In this document: one piece after another, positions 62,217 through 64,000 of the stretch
How positions within the stretch are numbered: position 1 is the stretch's first letter
How the letters are laid out: every line of letters begins with the position of its first letter
Assembly: GCA_049663345.1 (NCBI GenBank)
Contig: JBATDG010000059.1
Span: 441-64,440, forward strand
Direction: 5' to 3'
Origin: Bacteroidota bacterium
GTDB lineage: Bacteria > Bacteroidota > Ignavibacteria > SZUA-365
Length of the DNA: 64,000 nucleotides
Notes under the pieces: generated by a model
Database searches by the model: none
Told to the model about the DNA's origin: nothing
Seen by the model: the letters and a program-made list of their open reading frames with translations, nothing else
Made by a program: the position numbers and the translations under genes

Positions 62217-64000
62217 TCAATTCGCACTTTCAACCGTCTGAGTAAGATCGATATGGAAAACCGTCCCTTTACCTTTGACGCTCTCAAACCAGATGGGTAA
62301 TCCCAGAAGATCGAGGTACTTTTTCACAAGGGAAAGCCCTAGTCCAATCCCGTCAAACCGGCGGGAATACCCTATATCTTCTTGCGTATATGGGTTAAAA
62401 AGCAGGGGTTTGTATTCATCGGATATACCGACGCCTGTATCCGCGATATCAAGCATGACACGATCATTCCCATCCCCATAAAGTCGTATTGTGACAGAAC
62501 CTTGATCTGTGAATTTGATAGCATTATTCACAAGATTGCTGATCGCCTCGGTGAGGCAATACTCATCGGTAGAGATAGTGAGATGCCCCAATTCATTTTC
62601 ATAATTGAGTGTGATGTTTTTCTGAGCAGTCTGAAAGATAAAGCCCTCACGGATGTAGCTTAGCTGCGTGTGCAAGTCGATGGGAGTGCGGCTCAGCTGC
62701 AGATCGCCGGATTGAATTCTCGACAGGATCAAGATAAGATCAACTGTTCTGAGCAGTCGCTGTACGCCAAACTGCACATGTTCGAAATAGCTTTGTTGGG
62801 ATTCGTCGAGATAAGCAGTACATGCCTCTTCTATCAGCATGCTAAAGCCGGCAATGGAATTCAGCGGAGTGCGAATTTCATGGGAAATATTTGCAACAAA
62901 GGCGTCCTTGAGTTTTTCCGATCTTTCTGCTTGTTCCTTGGCGCGGAGCAGTTCTCGCTCTGAAGTCTTCCTTTCGGTGATGTCTGAAAACATGCCGAAT
63001 GACCCCATGTATTTGCCAGCGCCATCGAACATAGGAGATGCGGAGACACTGGTCCATAGCAGAGAGTTGTCACGCCTCACAAGTCTCTGTTCGTACTTTC
63101 CGGAAACACCTGTCTCGCGAGAACGCATTCTTTCCCTCATTGTGTCCAGATCCTCTGCTGGGAAAATGCTCTCGAAGTTCATTCCTTCGAGCTCTTCAAC
63201 ATTATACCCGAGCATTCTACTGAATGTCGGATTTACCGAAGTTATTACCTGCCGTTCATCGACGATACAGATTCCTTCAACCGTTGTCTCAAAGATCGTG
63301 CGATATTTCTTCTCGCTTTCAATGAGCAGTTTTTCTGCCCGTCTGCTCTCGGTAATATCCTGTAAAATACAATGAGTCTTTTGGAATTGGCCTTTATCGT
63401 TATAGCCTATCTTCCCCTCGAACGCTATGAACAGGTGTTGGCCATTTTTATGGATCATTCCAAATTCACTATGAATTCGACCCTCTTTTTTAAAGAGAGG
63501 GAAGCGCTCGATGAATCCCTCGCGATATGGGGGAGGCAGAAAATCACCGAACCACTTTCCGATCACCTCGTCGCGGGAATATCCCAGCGTGCGGAGCCAC
63601 TGATCGTTGACTTCAATAAAATTGCCGTCTTCGTCCAATGATTGATATCCCAGCGGAGCGCGATTGAACAATGTCTGGAAACGCTCCTCGCTTTCACGCA
63701 GCGATGATAGCGCCTGATCTCGCTCGACGATCTGATTCTTGAGGAGGTACATGCTGTAGGCCTTCTCGGAAATGTTGTTCGCAAAGACAAACAGCATTTT
63801 CGACACCCTTTCGAATTGCTCCCGCGACATCTCCGGAACCTCCTGCAGCGCGGTCAGGAACTCAGAACGCTCAACCCCAATCTCGTCAGCATAATTCAGC
63901 ATAAGCGATTCATCAAGATCTTCATTTCGGACTTGCCCGATCAGCCAGTTGGCAACATGACAGCCGCCGATGGTGATACTTGCCCCAGCGTCCCAAAGCC
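62217..64000 (-). CDS. PocR-domain - PAS - PAS sensor histidine kinase (5' end outside window)
   Basis: The reading frame stays open upstream of the first Met to the window edge (LWDAGASITIGGCHVANWLIGQVRNEDLDESL MLNYADEIGV...), a pattern typical of the C-terminal part of PocR sensory domains. Two PAS modules follow. HisKA is FVANISHEIRTPLNSIAGF. HATPase motifs are VNNAIKFT, DTGVGI and GIGLGLSL. Confidence 0.75.
   Translation of the reverse strand, partial: LWDAGASITIGGCHVANWLIGQVRNEDLDESLMLNYADEIGVERSEFLTALQEVPEMSREQFERVSKMLFVFANNISEKAYSMYLLKNQIVERDQALSSLRESEERFQTLFNRAPLGYQSLDEDGNFIEVNDQWLRTLGYSRDEVIGKWFGDFLPPPYREGFIERFPLFKKEGRIHSEFGMIHKNGQHLFIAFEGKIGYNDKGQFQKTHCILQDITESRRAEKLLIESEKKYRTIFETTVEGICIVDERQVITSVNPTFSRMLGYNVEELEGMNFESIFPAEDLDTMRERMRSRETGVSGKYEQRLVRRDNSLLWTSVSASPMFDGAGKYMGSFGMFSDITERKTSERELLRAKEQAERSEKLKDAFVANISHEIRTPLNSIAGFSMLIEEACTAYLDESQQSYFEHVQFGVQRLLRTVDLILILSRIQSGDLQLSRTPIDLHTQLSYIREGFIFQTAQKNITLNYENELGHLTISTDEYCLTEAISNLVNNAIKFTDQGSVTIRLYGDGNDRVMLDIADTGVGISDEYKPLLFNPYTQEDIGYSRRFDGIGLGLSLVKKYLDLLGLPIWFESVKGKGTVFHIDLTQTVESAN

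Overview
Chromosomal, mostly housekeeping window from a Gram-negative bacterium, moderately GC-rich by eye (not computed). I found no rRNA, tRNA, CRISPR array, transposase or integrase. Lineage is an inference only. Two proteins end in T9SS-type C-terminal sorting domains, there is an Hc1-type histone-like protein, and the atp operon is split without atpD/atpC. These point to the FCB group (Ignavibacteriota/Kapabacteria/Rhodothermota-like), although clear Shine-Dalgarno sites are present. Left to right: DoxX (partial); an outer-membrane-like protein; a Cys-based phosphatase coupled to an AddB/AddA-like nuclease-helicase pair; a T9SS cargo protein; a seven-gene TPR / beta-barrel / 2x HU-like / ExbB-ExbD-TonB cluster; a RavA/ViaA-like AAA+ and VWA pair; atpZ-I-B-E-F-H-A-G; SDR, GT4 and alpha/beta hydrolase genes; a Ycf48/BNR-like T9SS cargo; sucC; an M19 dipeptidase; a HhH-GPD glycosylase; hc1; a class II aldolase; YgiQ radical SAM; an octaheme cytochrome c; an M16 peptidase; ogt. 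Then come a 12.6-kb six-gene signalling operon headed by an orphan CheR, arfB, a three-gene envelope operon of unknown function (SH3b-barrel protein, lipoprotein, 937-aa secreted protein), and a PocR-PAS kinase (partial). The best candidates for undescribed biology are the CheR-headed phosphorelay operon, the SH3b-barrel/lipoprotein/giant secreted protein operon, the split HU-like pair inside the Ton cluster, and two structured non-coding repeat arrays (30743-31003 and 34665-34839). All family calls rest on motifs read by eye. No database search was run.
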